From Tortispora ganteri (taxonomy: Eukaryota): a stretch of 58,577 nt of DNA. Location of the stretch: positions 1 through 58,577 of the forward strand of contig PPNB01000026.1 of the NCBI GenBank assembly GCA_003707115.1. The letters are read 5' to 3'. The position numbers were made by a program, and so were the translations under genes. The notes below the pieces were generated by a model. The model worked only from the letters and a program-made list of their open reading frames with translations, made no database searches and was not told where the DNA came from. Below, in pieces: positions 20,848 to 32,400 of the stretch. How positions within the stretch are numbered: the first letter of the stretch is position 1; the number at the start of each line of letters is the position of its first letter.

Positions 20848-21522
20848 ATGAATTATATTTTAAATATAAATATATTTGAACCAATAATATTATTAGATAT
20901 ATTAAGTTATATTAGTATAATATCAGGTATAATGGTTATAACAGCAAAAAATCCTATAGTTTCTATATTATATTTAGTAGGTTTATTTATAAATACTGCT
21001 ATATATTTAGAAGTTGCAGGATTAAATTTAATAGGATTAATATATATACTTGTATATGTTGGAGCTATAGCTATATTATTATTATTTATAATAATGTTAT
21101 TAAATATAAAAATATCAGAATTACATAGTACAAGTAGTGGAGAAGATATACCATTAGCTACATTAATTAGTATTAGTTATATATATTTATGGTATAGTTT
21201 TAGTAAATCCACATATGAAGGTGTATTAGGTAATACAAGTAGTAATTGGTTATCTAATTTAAAAGGATTCTTAGATGAAATATTACTTCCTATTACTTAT
21301 GATAGTGAATATTTTTTAAGTAAATTTAAAAATAATATTTATAATTTAGATAATATTATTGAAGATCAAGTATCTTTAGGTACTATTAATGAATTAAAAA
21401 CTATAGGTGAATTATTTTATACTGAATATGGTATAAATTTAATAATCTTAAGTTTAGTTCTATTATTATCTATAATTACTGCAATAGTTGTTACACGAAA
21501 TTCTATAATATTAAAAGATTAA
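20848..21522 (+). CDS. nad6: NADH dehydrogenase subunit 6
   Basis: KNPIVSILYL and YVGAIAIL motifs. Confidence 0.96.
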   Translation: MNYILNINIFEPIILLDILSYISIISGIMVITAKNPIVSILYLVGLFINTAIYLEVAGLNLIGLIYILVYVGAIAILLLFIIMLLNIKISELHSTSSGEDIPLATLISISYIYLWYSFSKSTYEGVLGNTSSNWLSNLKGFLDEILLPITYDSEYFLSKFKNNIYNLDNIIEDQVSLGTINELKTIGELFYTEYGINLIILSLVLLLSIITAIVVTRNSIILKD

Positions 21523-21526
21523 TAAT

Positions 21527-22546
21527 ATGGGATACTTTTTAAGTAATATTTTAGAATTAATTATATTCTTACTTTGTGTTTTAATGGCAGTTGCTTATTT
21601 AACTGTTGCAGAAAGAAAAACATTAGGATATATGCAAAGAAGATTAGGACCTAATTATGTTGGGGTTTATGGATTATTACAAGCTTTTGCTGATGCATTA
21701 AAATTATTATTAAAAGAAATTATTATACCAAGAGATTCTAATTATATTATATTAATTGTTGCACCTTTTATTTCATTAGTTATTGCATTAATAGGTTGGG
21801 TTGTTATACCTATTGGACCTAATCTTACTTTAGCTGATTTACCTTTAGGGCTATTATATACATTAGCTGTTTCTTCTGTTGGAGTATTTGGAATATTATT
21901 AGCAGGATGGAGTGCTAACTCAAAATATGCTTTATTAGGATCAATTAGAAGTTCTGCTCAATTAATTAGTTATGAATTAGTTTTAACTACTGCTGTTATT
22001 ATTGTATTATTCTTTTCTAATACTTTAAATTATAGTTTACATATATTTTATCAAAGAAGTATATGGTTTGTTATACCTTGTATACCTTTATTTATTATAT
22101 ATTTTATATCAACATTAGCTGAAACTAATAGACCTCCTTTTGATTTACCTGAAGCTGAATCTGAATTAGTATCAGGTTATATGACTGAACATGGAGCTTC
22201 TCCTTTCGTATTCTTCTTCTTAGCTGAATACGCTAATGTTCTGTTTATGTCCTCTTTATCTGTACTATTATTCTTAGGTGGAGCTAATTTACCTATTAAC
22301 TTGTTTAATATTATTAATATTAATTCTGATATATTATATCAAACTTTATTAGGATTTAATTATGGATTAATATTTGGTATTAAAGTTAGTATGTTATTAT
22401 TCACCTTTATATGGGTTAGAGCTGCTTTCCCAAGACTAAGATATGATCATCTTATATTATTAGGATGGGGATCATTCTTACCTATCGTTATGGCTTTATG
22501 TTCTGTTGTTATAACTATATTATATGTGACAGATAGTCTATTATAA
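21527..22546 (+). CDS. nad1: NADH dehydrogenase subunit 1
   Basis: ERKTLGYMQRRLGPN and AETNRPPFDLPEAESELV motifs. Confidence 0.98.
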   Translation: MGYFLSNILELIIFLLCVLMAVAYLTVAERKTLGYMQRRLGPNYVGVYGLLQAFADALKLLLKEIIIPRDSNYIILIVAPFISLVIALIGWVVIPIGPNLTLADLPLGLLYTLAVSSVGVFGILLAGWSANSKYALLGSIRSSAQLISYELVLTTAVIIVLFFSNTLNYSLHIFYQRSIWFVIPCIPLFIIYFISTLAETNRPPFDLPEAESELVSGYMTEHGASPFVFFFLAEYANVLFMSSLSVLLFLGGANLPINLFNIININSDILYQTLLGFNYGLIFGIKVSMLLFTFIWVRAAFPRLRYDHLILLGWGSFLPIVMALCSVVITILYVTDSLL

Positions 22547-22634
22547 TTTAATTATATAATAATAATATTATGGATATATTTTCACCTATTTTTAGTTAAT
22601 ATCTTTGTTATAAAAAAATTAAATTAAAAAAAAT

Positions 22635-22781
22635 ATGCCACAATTAATACCATTTTATTTTGTTAATCAATTACTTTGGGGATTTACATTATTAAGTATA
22701 TTAATATACTTAACATCAGTATATATCTTACCTTCAATATTAAGATTATATTTAACACGATATTTTATAGTAAAATTATAA
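22635..22781 (+). CDS. atp8: ATP synthase subunit 8
   Basis: 48 aa MPQLIPFYFVNQ...; below the ORF-track size cutoff. Confidence 0.96.
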   Translation: MPQLIPFYFVNQLLWGFTLLSILIYLTSVYILPSILRLYLTRYFIVKL

Positions 22782-22922
22782 AATAATAAGATTATATAAA
22801 AAAAATATATAATTCAAATTAAGATCAAAAGCATACAAAAGTTCAAACTATATATAATATATAAATATATATATTAATCTTATAGTTAAAAGTCAGGTAA
22901 AAAGATCAAATTAAAAAAATCA

Positions 22923-23681
22923 ATGACATATTATATAAATAGTCCATTAGATCAATTTAATATAGTACCATTATTAAGTATAAACATGGGAAATATTAGT
23001 ATAAATCTAACAAATTTTGCATTATATTTTATATTATCAATATTAGTTATATTAACAATGTTAATAGCAGGTAATAACAACAATAAATTAATACCAAGTA
23101 AATGGTCATTAAGTCAAGAATCATTATTTAGTACAATGAGTGAAATGGTATTACATCAAATAGGAGGACCAAAAGGTCAATATTTTGTACCATTAATATA
23201 TTCATTATTTATGTTTATATTAGTTGCTAATTTAATAAGTATGATACCATATACTTTTGCAGTTAATTCACATTTAGTATTTACATTAAGTTTAAGTTTA
23301 ACATTATTTTTAGGTTATACAATATTAGGATTTTATACACATAAATGGGTATATTTTGCTATGTTTGTACCAGCAGGTAGTCCATTAGCTTTAGTTCCTG
23401 TTTTAGTTATAATTGAATTATTATCTTATCTTTCTAGAAGTGTATCTTTAGGATTACGATTAGGTGCTAATATTTTATCTGGACATACTTTATTAGCTGT
23501 TTTAAATGGATTCTTATTTGCTATTATGAGTTCTAATATTTTATTCTTCTTTATAGGATTTATACCTTTAACTATTGTTACTGGTATTACTATTTTAGAA
23601 TTCTTAATTGCATGTATTCAAGCTTATGTTTTCTGTATTTTAGCTTGTTCTTATATTAAAGAAGCTTTATACTTACATTAA
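22923..23681 (+). CDS. atp6: ATP synthase subunit 6
   Basis: SPLDQF, SLGLRLGANILSGH and IQAYVF motifs. Confidence 0.98.
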   Translation: MTYYINSPLDQFNIVPLLSINMGNISINLTNFALYFILSILVILTMLIAGNNNNKLIPSKWSLSQESLFSTMSEMVLHQIGGPKGQYFVPLIYSLFMFILVANLISMIPYTFAVNSHLVFTLSLSLTLFLGYTILGFYTHKWVYFAMFVPAGSPLALVPVLVIIELLSYLSRSVSLGLRLGANILSGHTLLAVLNGFLFAIMSSNILFFFIGFIPLTIVTGITILEFLIACIQAYVFCILACSYIKEALYLH

Positions 23682-23747
23682 ATTTTTATTTTTCACTTAT
23701 TTTTAGTATTATTATATTTATTATTATATTTATAATATAATTTAAAA

Positions 23748-23818
23748 TGTCTAAAAGAAGAATTGAACTTCTATCAAAACATCTTCAATGTTATGCTTTA
23801 CCATTAAGCTATTTAGAC
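23748..23818 (-). tRNA. trnF: tRNA-Phe(GAA)
   Basis: Cloverleaf on the minus strand; loop TTGAAGA. Confidence 0.88.
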
Positions 23819-23824
23819 ATAAAT

Positions 23825-23911
23825 CGGATAAAGTGAGATTCGAACTCACGGTATATTACTATACTTAATAGCTCAAATATTACGCCTTAAACCTGACTCG
23901 GCCATTTATCC
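23825..23911 (-). tRNA. trnS: tRNA-Ser(UGA)
   Basis: TAATA-tttgagc-TATTA; long variable arm. Confidence 0.9.
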
Positions 23912-23920
23912 ATTAATTTA

Positions 23921-23991
23921 TAGTTTTTAATGGAATCGAACCATTATTTTTTCATTATCAATGAAACACTTTACCGTTAAGTTAAAAAACT
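23921..23991 (-). tRNA. trnI: tRNA-Ile(GAU)
   Basis: TTTCA-ttgataa-TGAAA. Confidence 0.9.
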
Positions 23992-24033
23992 TAATTAATA
24001 AGTTAATAAATTGTATTTATCAATTATTATTAT

Positions 24034-24105
24034 CAAAAGTGAAGAGACTTGAACTCTTAACAAATAGTTTGGAACTACCGATTTTACCAATTAAACTACA
24101 CTTTT
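24034..24105 (-). tRNA. trnW: tRNA-Trp(CCA)
   Basis: GGTAG-ttccaaa-CTATT. Confidence 0.9.
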
Positions 24106-24150
24106 ATTATTATTTATTATTAATTAGTAGGAAAAAATTTTTATATTTAT

Positions 24151-24225
24151 GGATTAGATTTCTAAAAGGTTTTAGACTTGAATTGCAAATTCAATGTATT
24201 TAGGGTTCAATTCCCTTCTAATCCT
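24151..24225 (+). tRNA. trnC: tRNA-Cys(GCA)
   Basis: Acceptor GGATTAG/CTAATCC; anticodon loop contains GCA. Confidence 0.85.
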
Positions 24226-24286
24226 TTACTATTATTTTATTAATTATATTTATTATTATATATATATAAATATATATATCATTTCC

Positions 24287-24360
24287 AGTTCCCTCTAGGA
24301 GTCGAACCTAGACCCAGGAAATTAGAAGTATCCGACTCTAACCAATTAAGCTAAAGGAAC
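24287..24360 (-). tRNA. trnR: tRNA-Arg(UCU)
   Basis: Loop CTTCTAA; T-loop GTTCGAC. Confidence 0.9.
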
Positions 24361-26877
24361 AATTTTATTTGATTTTTGACTACATATAGACCTATTTAAC
24401 TATAAATCTTAATATTTTTTAATTTATAATAAGATTATATTTATAATTATTATAATAATTATTAAGTATTAAATTCTACGAAATAAGTCAAGATTATATA
24501 AATGGCCGGGAGGACCTAAAATAATAAAATATAGGCGATATGCTTATTACCCGGCCATATATTCATATAAATATATTAATATGATATGATATTTATTCAT
24601 TAGTTATTATTTATATTAATTTTATAAAATAATAATACAAAACAAATATATTTATATTGATTACTTAAATCCTACACAAAGGATATAAAGATTAAATGAT
24701 AACTACTACCCTCACTTCACTATTAAATAAAAGACTTTAATTCTTATTAAAAGTATTACGTTCGGGGAATGAAGTAATAGATAGAGTACTAGAGTAATAA
24801 AGTACTAGAGTACTAGAGTAATATAATAATATAATACAATATAATATAATATAATAAAATAAAATATAATATAATAATAGAGTAATAGAATACTAGAATA
24901 ATAGAGTAATGAAGTAATGTAATGTATTAATATAGTAATGGACTAATGTATTAATAAAGTAATGTAGTAATAAAGTAATGTAGTAATAAAGTAATGTAGT
25001 AATAGAGTAATGGAATAATGGTGTAATTAACTAATGGGGGGAATGGTGGAAGTTAATATTAAATATCTATTGTCTTAAAGATTATCGGGTTAGAAAGGTA
25101 TATTAAGTGTATATCTAATATACATATACGATTTTTACCCTCATAGCTTTTTAGATTTATTTATGTCATTCTTATATTATTAATATAATAAATAATAGTT
25201 AGATATAAATATAATAAATATAATTATATAATATAGTTATAATTAGTATAATAGGATAAATATCTAAGTAATATATAACAATTAAGACGTTGCAGACAAC
25301 AATGAACGAATTATTAATAATATAAAACTATTATTATAGATAAGATATATAAATATTATAATTTTAGGAAAATAAATTAAAATAGCAATAATACCCTCAC
25401 TTCACTATTTACTCAAGGGATTTTAGATTATTATTAAAAGTGTTACGTTCGGGGTTAAACATAAATATATATTTATTATTTAATTAATATTAAAATTAAT
25501 ATACATTAGATTTAGATATAATAAATTTAAATATATAAAATAATTTTATAATAATTATATTATAATTAAGAAATTATTTTAACTAATTATAAATAAATTA
25601 AATTATTAAAAATTATAAAAATATTGACATAAAGTAAGAATTATGATAAAAATATATAAAATTTAGTTAAAAATAGTGTAAAAATGTGCAAAAAAGTGTA
25701 AAAAATTGCATAAAAAATGCATAAAAAAAATAGCAATTATAAAAATAGGGGTCTGGACCCTAATATCTTTGAATAAAGATACTCACTAATAATAATCTTT
25801 TGTTTTAATTGCTCCCCAATACTACTTATACAGTTCTATTTTAATTTCATTTTTCTACTTTAATTAAAGACTATAAATAATAGATAAATTTTAGTTTTTA
25901 TCTTAATATTTAGTTAATTTATATCTGTAATACCTATAATCTTTTATTATGTTCATATTCTACTAGTTAAGCTTATACTTAAATTTAAGTTAGTAAATTA
26001 GTCTAAAAATAAAAAAGGTTAAAAAAAGTTCCAAAAGTAACGAAAATGGGATTTTTTGACTATCCTAAAATAGCTTACTAGACCTAATATCTACCCTAAG
26101 TCCCCATTTTACCCCTGGAATTTTGAAAATTCTTAGACGTAATTTTTTAGTTTAATAAACATAAACATAATTTTTATATCATTAATTATTAACTAATTTG
26201 TTGTAATATTTTTTGATTTATTAATCTTTATAATATACTAAATTTAATATTATAATTCTTTATTCTTTTATTTAATAAAATATAAATTTAAATATATGAT
26301 TTAATTTATTAATTAATTATTATATTATTAAAATATTATTCTTTCTAGATTTATTAAAATAATATTGACAAATAATAATTTATAAAAAAAAAGTATAAAA
26401 AAGTGCAAAAAAAAGTTAAATTTTTATAAAAAAGTACAGATTTTCTCAAAAATGGTCTTCTAGCCTTATAATCTTTTAAAAATAAGTCAATTAACTAATT
26501 TAAAAACGAATGTATAAAATTGGTAAAATAGGGGTATAAGCCCTATAATCTTTTGTAATATTTTCATTTACTGAAAAATGCAACTTTTTGTAAGGCTACC
26601 CCCTTAGAGATTTTTACATTTTTAGAAATATGTCTATAACACCTAATATCTTTACCTAAATTTTACCCTAAATTATACTAAAATATTACTTAATTTTTAT
26701 ATAATTTTAGATATATTTTTACTTAAATTTTATATTTAATTTTAAAATAATATTAATTTAATTAATAATAATAATTTATAAAATTAATATTTGTTAAATA
26801 AAATAATTAAAGATAATAAGTGTTTGTATTTAATAATTTAATACTTAAGTCTATGAGTAGAATTTTAAGTATTAAAA

Positions 26878-26949
26878 GCGAGTATATGTTAATTGGCAGA
26901 CATGATGATTTCCAATCATATAGTATCGGTTCAAGTCCGATTACTCGTA
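26878..26949 (+). tRNA. trnG: tRNA-Gly(UCC)
   Basis: ATGA-tttccaa-TCAT. Confidence 0.9.
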
Positions 26950-26956
26950 TAATTAA

Positions 26957-27029
26957 GGGATTATAGCTTAATTGGCAAAGCCCCAATTTGTCACATTGGA
27001 AGTTGCCTGTTCAAACCAGGTTGATCTCG
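26957..27029 (+). tRNA. trnD: tRNA-Asp(GUC)
   Basis: CCAAT-ttgtcac-ATTGG. Confidence 0.9.
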
Positions 27030-27119
27030 CTGTATCATATAATTAAATATTATAAATTATATATACAAATTAATTAATTATTAATAAACTAAAATCTAGA
27101 TAATTCAATATCTAGTTAA

Positions 27120-27202
27120 GGAAAAATACCCATTGGTAAGGGAAGATATTTGCTATATATCGATTATAATTAATCTTATGGGTTCAATTCCCATTTTTTC
27201 CG
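27120..27202 (+). tRNA. trnS: tRNA-Ser(GCU)
   Basis: GATAT-ttgctat-ATATC; long variable arm. Confidence 0.88.
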
Positions 27203-27204
27203 TA

Positions 27205-28700
27205 TAAAACAAATACTAAGAGTTTGATGTTGGCTCCGAATGAGTGCTAGATTGTAACTTAACACATGCAAGTTTAACATTAAATATATCTTACTATTAT
27301 AAATATAATAAGTATAAATTTAAGGTAGCGTATTCGTGAGTAAAATTCGTGAAATAAATTACCCCATCTTTAGGTTAAATACCTTTTAATAATGATTATT
27401 AAAAATATATTTAATAAAAAAATATATTGAGATGTTAGGATATGCCGATAAACATAGTTTAGGTAGTTGGAAGTCTAGTAAGCCTAACCAAGCCAAAGAT
27501 CTATAGCCAAAAGTTAACGCTTGATTGGCCACGTTGGGATTGAGATACCGCCCAATATTAAATAATACAGCAGTGAGGAATCTTGGTCAATGATCGAAAG
27601 ATTGAACCAGTTAACAATCAGAATGAATTAAATCGGTAAAAGTATAAAATGATTTAATAATCGTTAAACAAAAAGTTCTAATCTCATAAAAGATAATGAC
27701 AAAATATGAGATATGAGGGTCAGCCAAAAGAAGTGCCAGACGCTTCGGTGAAACTTCGGACTCAAGCACTATTCATAATAGATAGGTCTAAATAGTTTTA
27801 ACATTGTTATATTACTACTTTATTTTAAGTAAAAATATGACTAGAGTATAATAAGAAGTATTTAAGAATTAGTATAGTAAGGATGAAATCTTATAATAAT
27901 ACTAGGACTGCTATTAAGTGAAGACATAATACTATTTAAATACTGACATGTATAAACGAAGGCTTAAGTAACAAAACAGATTAGATACCTGCATAGTTTA
28001 AGCTGTAAACGATGAATGCTAAGTGTGAAGACTAAAGCATTTAACCGGGAGAGTATTAGCGCAAGCTTGAAATCCAAAACATTAGGCGGCTTTGGACCTA
28101 AGTAGTGGAGTGTGTTATTTAATTCGATAATCCCCGAAAATCTTACCATATCTTGAATATTTTATTCTTAATAATTTTTTTTATTAGAATAATTTACAGG
28201 TATTACATTGCTGTCTTCAGTTCGTGCTGTGAAGTATAAGGTTAAGTCCATTAACGAACGTAATCCTTAATATTAATTAATTTGTTATTAATATTCTTAG
28301 GCTTAAGACAAGTCATCATGATCCTTATGATATGGGCTATAGACGCACTACGATAATTAATACAAAAAGATGTTAAATTATTTTCTTAATATTTAACTAA
28401 TCCTTAAAATTAATGGAAATTTATCTCTTAGATATTAAGTCTTGGATTGTATTCTGAAACTCGAATACATGAAATAGTAATTACTAGTAATCGAATGTAA
28501 CCTGCATTCGGTGAATTTTGTATCTAAACGCGTACTAATCACTCGTCAATCGCATATAATTATTTAATCGTGAAATTCTTAATTTCTATAAAATTATTAT
28601 TATATATATAATAGATTAAGATATTAGCCATTTGATAATGATATGTGATAAGTCGAAATAAAGTTGTTGTGAGGGAACTTGCAGCGGGTAGTGAACATTT
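27205..28700 (+). rRNA. rns: small subunit rRNA (ends approximate)
   Basis: AGAGTTTGAT, ACACATGCAAGT, GTGCCAG, ATTAGATACC and AAGTCGAAATAAAG landmarks. Confidence 0.95.
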
Positions 28701-28710
28701 TTTTACCTTC

Positions 28711-28796
28711 GGAAGAGTTACCAGTGTTGGTTTTGGTGGCAAGCTGTAAACTTGCTGAATTTATTATTCACATAGGTTCGATTCCTATCTCTTTCA
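28711..28796 (+). tRNA. trnY: tRNA-Tyr(GUA)
   Basis: GCAAG-ctgtaaa-CTTGC; long variable arm. Confidence 0.9.
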
Positions 28797-28917
28797 TAAT
28801 ATTACATACATTACCCCCTTACACTTTAATAATAATATACTTTTTATTATACATATCAAATATACTTTTATAATAATATACTTTATATTATACAATATCA
28901 TTATACACTTTTATCTA

Positions 28918-28989
28918 TGAATTGTCATCCAATCGGTAGGATAGCTCAATTTGAGTGAGTTAATAAAAGTTCGAATCTTTTCAATTCAA
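28918..28989 (+). tRNA. trnQ: tRNA-Gln(UUG)
   Basis: GCTCA-atttgag-TGAGT. Confidence 0.85.
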
Positions 28990-29098
28990 TATAATATATA
29001 TATATTTAATTAATTAATAATAATAATAAATTTTATTTATTTATATATATAATAATAATAAATATCTTAATTAAAATGAAAGTATAAAGTATAAAGTA

Positions 29099-29171
29099 GA
29101 AAGTATAGTATAATAGGCAATACATCGGTCTTTTAAACCGCACTATATTGGTTCAAATCCAATTGCTTTCA
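29099..29171 (+). tRNA. trnK: tRNA-Lys(UUU)
   Basis: CGGT-cttttaa-ACCG. Confidence 0.88.
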
Positions 29172-29220
29172 ATATTCAATATTTAATATAAATGATAATA
29201 ATAATTTTAATTAACAATTT

Positions 29221-29292
29221 CGGTTAGTATCCTAATGGTAAGGAACTTCTTTTGGGTAGAAGAGTATATTAGTTCAAATCTAATCTAACCGA
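29221..29292 (+). tRNA. trnP: tRNA-Pro(UGG)
   Basis: CTTCT-tttgggt-AGAAG. Confidence 0.9.
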
Positions 29293-29441
29293 CAGCGAAT
29301 AATAAATAAATAATATATTTATTATAAAAAAAAATTAAGTTCTAATAATATGGATTAATATTATTACAACATCAACCAACCAATATGAGAAAAATAACAA
29401 GTGATTATAGGTCTAAAATAAAAATTAATAATTAAAAACAA

Positions 29442-32400
29442 ATGGCAATTAGAAAAACAAATCCGCTATTATCTATAGCAAATGGTTATATGTTAGATTC
29501 ACCACAACCATCATCTTTATCATATATGTGGAATTTTGGAAGTTTATTAGGATTATGTTTAGTAATTCAAATATTATCTGGAATATTTTTAGCAATGCAT
29601 TATAATTCAAGTACTTTAATGGCATTTGATAGTGTAGATCATATTATGAGAGATTTAAATTATGGTTGGTTAATCCGATATTGTCATGCTAATGGAGCAG
29701 GATTCTTCTTTATAATGGTATATTGTCATATGGCTAGAGGTATATATTATGGAAGTTATAAACAACCTAGACAATTAGCTTGGTCTATAGGTGTTATAAT
29801 ATTCTTAATAATGGTATTAACAGCTTTTATGGGTTATGTATTAGTATGGGGTTCTATGAGTTTCTGGGGTAAAGTTTTTGCCCTAAATGTTTTTAAATAA
29901 ATAATTATTTTTATTTCAGATTTTATCTTCAATAATAAAAAACCACAAAAAAAAATAAACAATGAAAAAGACATTAACAAAAAATGATTTAAACAGAATA
30001 TTAAAAGAAAATAATCTTTATACAGTTTTTACTAGACCAAATGTAAGATCATATAAAAGAATTGGTCCTCATAATAAATGTGTTCTAGATTTTATGTTTG
30101 GATCATTATTAGGATATTCAAAAATTAGAAATTACAATGATGTAGGTTATAAATTAAAAATTTATAATCAACATAGACATGCTTCTTATTTTGATTTCCC
30201 AGTTGATTTCTTAATTAAACATGGATATTTTATTAGAACTAATAGTATTTTTGATATGAATGTACATTCAAGAATGAATAAATATAATAAACCTTATATA
30301 TATTTAGAAATTAATTTAAAAGCTATATCAAGTTTATGTTGGTTATATGATATGTTTTATATAGAAGATGATCATAAAATTTTACCAAATAATAATGATT
30401 TAGATTTATATTTAACTCCTTTTGCTTTAGCTATCTTATTTATGAATAATGGATATAAATATCATTCTGGATTTAGATTAAAAACTAGTCATTTTACTTG
30501 TGAAGAAAATGTTAGATTATCTAATTTCTTAAATGCTAAATATAATTTAACAACTAATGTTATTTATAGTAGAAATCAAGATGATATTCAAACTTGTACT
30601 ATATATATATCATATAAAACTGTTGAACTTTTTAAAGAATTAATTTCTCCTTATTTACATCCTTCTATGTATTATAAATTAGGAATTGAGGATAAAAAGG
30701 AATAATTATTCTATTAAATACATAGTTAATTATTTATATTAGCAACATTAGTGAAAATAGGTCAAATATTATTATTTATTTAATTTAGACCATCGGTTAT
30801 TGATATTTTTAGATCTATTATATTTAGATTTTTATACAATAATCGCGACAGACTGGTCCACTAATGGGTAATGAACAATAATAAATATAAATTTCTATTA
30901 TATAATATTATTATTATTACATTGCTTAATGTACAGTCGAATATTAGATATATTAATAAATAATATTAATATATTCCAATGTTATAATAATTATTATTCA
31001 AGCGTATGTCAGAATATATTATAACAAGGTATTATAAACTTACTGAAATAAGAAAGATAATATATAATATTGGCAACAGTTATTACAAATTTAGTATCAG
31101 TTATACCTTGGGTTGGTAATAGTATTGTACAATTTATATGGGGTGGATTTGGAGTTGGAGCACCAACTTTAAGTAGATTCTTTAGTTTACATTACTTATT
31201 CCCATTCATCTTAGCTGCTTTAGCTGCTGCTCATTTAATCGCTTTACATAAAGATGGAAGTAATAATCCTTTAGGTATATCTAGTAATATGGATAAATTA
31301 TCTATGCATCCTTATTTTATATTTAAAGATCTAGTTACTATATTCGCTTTCTTATTCGTTTATGGTTACTTCGTATTCTTCTCTCCTGATACTTTAGGAC
31401 ATCATGATAATTATACTCCAGCTAATCCTTTAGTTACTCCTATTTCAATAAAATAATATTTATACTTAATAATTAAATGAAATTATATATTAAACAAAAA
31501 TTTTATAAAAAAAATCCTAAATTATTAAATAAATATGATTCATTAAATTTAAAAAATTTAATTTGTGGATTATTTCAAGCTAAAGGATATATAGAAATAG
31601 AATTTTATAGTAAACATAAATATACTTGTAGGCCTATAATATATATAAGTATGAATTATTCACATAATACTTTAGAATTGTTTAAAATTATAAATGAAGT
31701 ATTTAATTATAAATTGAATTTATCTATAAATTTACTAAAATCTGGTAAATATCAAATATGTATATATTCTAGAAATTGAAATTTTATATTAAATGAATTT
31801 ATACCTTATTTAAATAATGTTTATGGTAATAAATATAAAAAATTTAATTATTTAAAAAGAATTCATAGTTTATTAATAAAATTAATTATTAATCCTAATA
31901 ATATTAATAATAAAATTAAATTAATTTATCTTGCTTATAGTATAAGTCCTAATTTACAAAGAAAAATTAGGCTTATAGATAAACTTATTACTTTAAATAT
32001 TTATAATAAAGAATATCTTAATTATTTATTAATTAATAATTATGCTAAAAATGTTGAAAATAATAAATTTAATTGTAATATATTTTTTATATTAGGACTT
32101 TATTTAGGTAATGGAAATATTAATTTTGATATTAGATATTCTAATAAATTACCTTTATATATAGTTAAATTTATTATCTTTAAAAAATATACTAAAGATA
32201 ATACAAAATTAATAATATTAATACAAAAATATTTAGATTCAATTAATATTATTTCACAATTATGTATTTATAAAAACTATATTGTATTAATTATAGAAAA
32301 TAATAAATCATTAAATATATTAAATAATAAAATAAAGTATGAAAATATGCATTTTAATAAAAATATTCAATTAACTATGTTAAATATATATTTAATATTA

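Noticed and set aside
23961..24203. 80-aa ORF, and similar ORFs at 27964-28873 and 38539-38748
   Set aside because: They overlap tRNA, rRNA or intron sequence and have no protein motifs.
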